Of a DNA stretch of 64,000 bases, positions 62,001 to 64,000 are shown one piece after another. The position numbers and the translations under genes were made by a program. The DNA comes from Longimicrobium sp. (lineage in GTDB: Bacteria; Gemmatimonadota; Gemmatimonadetes; Longimicrobiales; Longimicrobiaceae). The notes under the pieces were generated by a model. That model searched no databases. It was not told where the DNA came from and saw only the letters and a list, made by a program, of their open reading frames with translations. Where the stretch lies: the NCBI GenBank assembly GCA_036377595.1, contig DASUYB010000175.1, positions 21,191-85,190 on the forward strand, written 5' to 3'. Numbering within the stretch: position 1 is the stretch's first letter; every line of letters starts with the position of its first letter.

Positions 62001-64000
62001 GCATCACGAAGCGGCGCCCGCCGCGGAAGGCCACGCGCTCCTCGGCCGACGACGCGGCGATCTCGGCGGCCAGCGCCGCGGCGTCCACGCCGCCGAAGTC
62101 GAAGTCCACCGTGGTGCAGCGGAAGTCGGGGTGCTCGCCGCGGATGGTCGTCGCCAGCCCCCACAGCGCCGCCTGCGGCACCGCCGCGAAGGGCACGCGC
62201 TCGCCCTCCACCGCGTGGCACCCGGCGGTCGCGATCCACAGCCGCGGCGCCGTGTCGAGCGTCTCGCTCAGCGCGTTGACCACGCCCAGCGCCTGCTCGG
62301 CCAGGTCCAGCGCGCTCCCGCCGTCCAGCGCGCCCAGCAGCACCACGTTGCGGTGCTGCCCGGCGGAGGCCTGCGCCCACTCCTCCACCAGCGCGGGGAG
62401 GTCCGCCGCGAGCGCCTCGCCCGCCGGCAGTTCCACCACCGAGGCCGTGCTGCCCGGCGCGTCGAGCGCCGTCTTCAGCGCCGCCGCGGCCTTGCGGCTG
62501 GCGCCGGCGCCGGACAGCACCAGCGTCGACGCCGCGCCGTCCTGGCCAGCGGGCGCGTCCTGGCGGATCCAGCGGAACTCGTAGTGGGGATCCTCGTCGG
62601 CGGCGTCGGCCGACTCGGGCATCTCCACCGCCGCCTGGTGGTATTCGTCGATCCGGCCGACGACGCGGCCGTCGTCACCCAGGAGGGTGATGGTGGCGAA
62701 GAGGTGCGTCTCGTCCTCGGCCTCGATGGTCGTGTGCACCCAGCAGGTGCGGGGGACGCGCTCGAACACGCGCACGCCGCGCAGCTTCACGGGGAGCGTG
62801 GGGCCCAGCCCCGAGTACTCGTCGAGCAGGGTGCCGGCGACCTGGAAGGTCGAGTCGGCCAGGACGGGGTGGAACACGTAGCTCGCGGCCGGATCGCCCA
62901 GCGCCACGGGAAGCTCGATCCGCCCCAGCGCCTCGCGCTCGCCGCGCCACATCCCGGTGAGCGCGCGGAAGTTCGGGCCGTAGTTGACGAACTCCATCCC
63001 GGCGTACATCGCGTCCAGGTCGACGCGCGCCGACATCCGGTCCTTCACCGCCATCGGGTCCAGCGCCTCGCCGGGCGCGCCCTCCGCGGCGGCCAGGCGG
63101 CCGCGCGAATGCACCGTCCAGCTGCGCTCCGCCTGCACCTGCGTCTCGGGGCGGCTGATGATCTGGAAGCGCGGCTGCTCGCCGGGGCAGGCGGTGGCCA
63201 CGGCCTGCAGCGCCCGCCCGTCGTCGCCCGCGAACATCAGCGGCTTCTCGAAGCGGATCTCCTCGACCGAAGCCACGCCGCCGGGGCTCGACGCCGCGCC
63301 CATCGCCAGCGCCATCTCCAGGTAGCCCGCGCCGGGGAAGATCGGCGTGCCGCCCAGCCGGTGGTCGGCCAGGTAGACGGGCTCGGAGGGCGAGACCCAG
63401 TTCTCGTACGACTGCACGTCGTCGGTCACCGCCCAGCGCGCGCCGAGCAGGGGATGGAAGACCTCCTCCGGGCGGCTGCCGCGCTTCCCCTTCCGCCGCT
63501 CGTCCGGCACGTACCGGCTGCGCTGGAAGGGATACTTGGGCAGCGCCACGCGGACGGGGTGCTCCTCGCCGTACATCTCGTCCCAATCGACCTTCACGCC
63601 CTCCGCCCACAGCCCGCCCAGCGCGGCCAGCAGGTGCTCGCGGTCGGGATGCGCGCTCTTGGCCTTGCGCATCGACGGGATCACCCGCAGCGCCGAGTCG
63701 GCCGCGCGGATGATCGAGGAGAGCGCCGTCCCCGGCCCCACCTCGACCGCCACCATGCTGGCGTCCTCGGCCAGCCGCTCGACGGCGTCGTGGAAGCGCA
63801 CCGCGGCGCGGATCTGCGAGACCCAGTACTCCGGGTCCGTGGCCTGCGCGGCGGTGATCGGCCCGCCGGTGACGTTGGAGAAGAAGGGGATGCGGGGCGC
63901 GCGCGGGGTGACGCCCTCGAACGCCGCGCGGTAGCGGGCCAGCGCCGGCTCCATCAGCGGCGAGTGGAACGCGCGCGAGGTGCGCAGCCGGGTGACGTGG
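59044..64000 (-). CDS. Type I polyketide synthase module, 5'-truncated by the window edge: ...AT-DH-(psiKR)-ER-KR-ACP-TE
   Basis: The frame is open from 64000. The residues just upstream of the track's first Met read ...TRLRTSRAFHSPLMEP, the AT-domain AFHS motif, so the KS and most of the AT lie outside the window. Downstream motifs are listed in the domain features below. Confidence 0.93.
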   Translation of the reverse strand, partial: HVTRLRTSRAFHSPLMEPALARYRAAFEGVTPRAPRIPFFSNVTGGPITAAQATDPEYWVSQIRAAVRFHDAVERLAEDASMVAVEVGPGTALSSIIRAADSALRVIPSMRKAKSAHPDREHLLAALGGLWAEGVKVDWDEMYGEEHPVRVALPKYPFQRSRYVPDERRKGKRGSRPEEVFHPLLGARWAVTDDVQSYENWVSPSEPVYLADHRLGGTPIFPGAGYLEMALAMGAASSPGGVASVEEIRFEKPLMFAGDDGRALQAVATACPGEQPRFQIISRPETQVQAERSWTVHSRGRLAAAEGAPGEALDPMAVKDRMSARVDLDAMYAGMEFVNYGPNFRALTGMWRGEREALGRIELPVALGDPAASYVFHPVLADSTFQVAGTLLDEYSGLGPTLPVKLRGVRVFERVPRTCWVHTTIEAEDETHLFATITLLGDDGRVVGRIDEYHQAAVEMPESADAADEDPHYEFRWIRQDAPAGQDGAASTLVLSGAGASRKAAAALKTALDAPGSTASVVELPAGEALAADLPALVEEWAQASAGQHRNVVLLGALDGGSALDLAEQALGVVNALSETLDTAPRLWIATAGCHAVEGERVPFAAVPQAALWGLATTIRGEHPDFRCTTVDFDFGGVDAAALAAEIAASSAEERVAFRGGRRFVMRLDRLASANAGLERPDGRYQLQTRAFGTFDNLYLAPAPGAVIPVLAPDEVEVEIKAAPLNFKECLFVLGKIPVCEPQDLRFGFEGAGVVTRVGSAVTSVAAGDEVIAYSRGCLASHHVLREHEVVKKPAILGWGDAAALPTVFMTAWYALHDVARIKAGDRVLIHAAAGGVGQAAVQIAQAVGAEVFASASMPKWGFLRSQGIEHIVDSRDPRFVDAIREATGGAGVDIVLNSLTGDFIQAGFDVMAEGGRFVEIGKLGIWSDEEARTYRPDVAYTALEIGEGEAGGDHQYRRLMGHVLDGFERGDFRPLPAKEFALKEAVDAFRWLASGRSVGKVIVSLDGAGAGDGTLSVPADAACVVTGGLGALGLHVAELLAARGARRLVLLSRRMPAGSALERVEKLREAGVEVMVENADVASMDDMAAVLERAEPVAGVFHCAGVLSDGILRHLDRERFETVFRAKVDGTLVLHELTKDRGIGWFACFSSTSAVIDGAGQGNYAAANAFMDGLARHRAGAGLPALSINWGAWEGEGMAASLGLTGKHRLVGKEEGQQALERLLVEGRTEAVVAKLRSRRAKAAADPLFELLEEAPGAAAGGADEWPGRIARSAADELPGVVEEFLQVEVAKVLGVPTANVKRETNFVDAGIDSLMMTELRNNVQRGVGIPIRAGSFFAHPTVARLAVFLAEQIVAARGGDDAQPAPSTAVAVAVGEKAGPPVFCVPGIADSVYDFTDLASIEGRGYSVYVLSGSPGDRAADDVRHDFVRQAAEYAKVIVQTEPRGPYRLVGFSFGGSVAVEVANQLIQAGHEVSLLVLVDSFAYVSLAEAQNEDELKRLFIKTAVLEALAPDGAVPARVLDEFEGAEADMEQALAVVDRYLDDRIRGASLEPASVDKTVDDYSNRSNLAGYAAPRSLNGTKVKLVRCGLGPFSIMNRLGEWGLGEPHADSYGWKRALNTDVEVLPVACAHSEAMRFPHVEAVHQVLVGE
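59047..59870 (-). other. PKS C-terminal thioesterase (TE) domain
   Basis: PPVFCVPGIADS..., the nucleophile elbow LVGFSFGGSVAVEVA (GxSxG at ~59625-59650), and a C-terminal ...VACAHSEAM providing a candidate catalytic His. Confidence 0.8.
59930..60170 (-). other. PKS acyl carrier protein (ACP) domain
   Basis: NFVDAGIDSLMMTELRNNV, with the Ser codon at 60055-60057. Confidence 0.88.
60400..60960 (-). other. PKS ketoreductase (KR) catalytic subdomain
   Basis: Rossmann motif VVTGGLGALGLHVAELL at ~60901-60935, then ...SSTSAVIDGAGQGNYAAANAFMD (catalytic Tyr context), ending INWGAWEGEGMA. Confidence 0.85.
60985..61950 (-). other. PKS enoylreductase (ER) domain
   Basis: MDR-fold. The NADPH motif VLIHAAAGGVGQAAVQIAQ is at ~61480-61520. 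The domain ends ...GRSVGKVIVSL. Confidence 0.85.
62590..63465 (-). other. PKS dehydratase (DH) domain
   Basis: HPLLGARW... at the N-terminus, the active-site motif LADHRLGGTPIFPGAGYLEM (HxxxGxxxxP), and a later VFHPVLADSTFQ (DxxxQ-like) motif. Confidence 0.8.
63580..64000 (-). other. PKS acyltransferase domain, C-terminal part
   Basis: RAFHSPLMEP...IPFFSNVTGG...YWVSQIRAAVRF...VEVGPG. An xAFHS motif is usually associated with malonyl-CoA specificity; the upstream residue here is Arg, so specificity remains tentative. Confidence 0.8.

Overview
High-GC bacterial DNA (roughly 70% GC or more, judged by eye). Every credible gene is on the minus strand. The window is dominated by one hybrid PKS-NRPS biosynthetic gene cluster, read right to left. 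(1) A fully reducing type I PKS module (AT-DH-ER-KR-ACP) ends unexpectedly in a TE; its 5' end lies beyond the right window edge (59044-64000). (2) A 5538-aa NRPS (42214-58830) has five C-A-T modules, preceded by a degenerate A-subdomain relic and an orphan carrier domain. (3) A translationally coupled cassette encodes a PPTase, a SAM methyltransferase, a PLP aminotransferase and a free-standing ACP (38878-42206). (4) An 8778-aa NRPS (11852-38188) has eight modules and a terminal TE. (5) An FkbH-like enzyme follows (9949-11760). (6) A MacB/FtsX-type ABC exporter follows (6248-9658). (7) The last operon encodes MbtH, an MFS transporter, a DUF3179 protein and a flavin monooxygenase (1-5389). Together the assembly line predicts an acylated peptide of about 13 residues, with three positions epimerised by dual E/C-type condensation domains. 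The non-coding DNA is unusual. A family of palindromic elements built from the heptamer AGTCCTA sits at three intergenic junctions, and one copy is expanded to a 17-unit tandem array. A 238-bp-period tandem duplication carrying a strong hairpin lies in front of the large NRPS. A perfect 31-bp-arm palindrome follows the ACP gene. An untranslated gap of about 860 bp lies at 5390-6247. Most long plus-strand ORFs in the track are antisense shadows of the NRPS genes. Domain and module coordinates were placed by hand from motif positions and are good to about +/-60 nt. No database search was possible, so novelty claims are untested.
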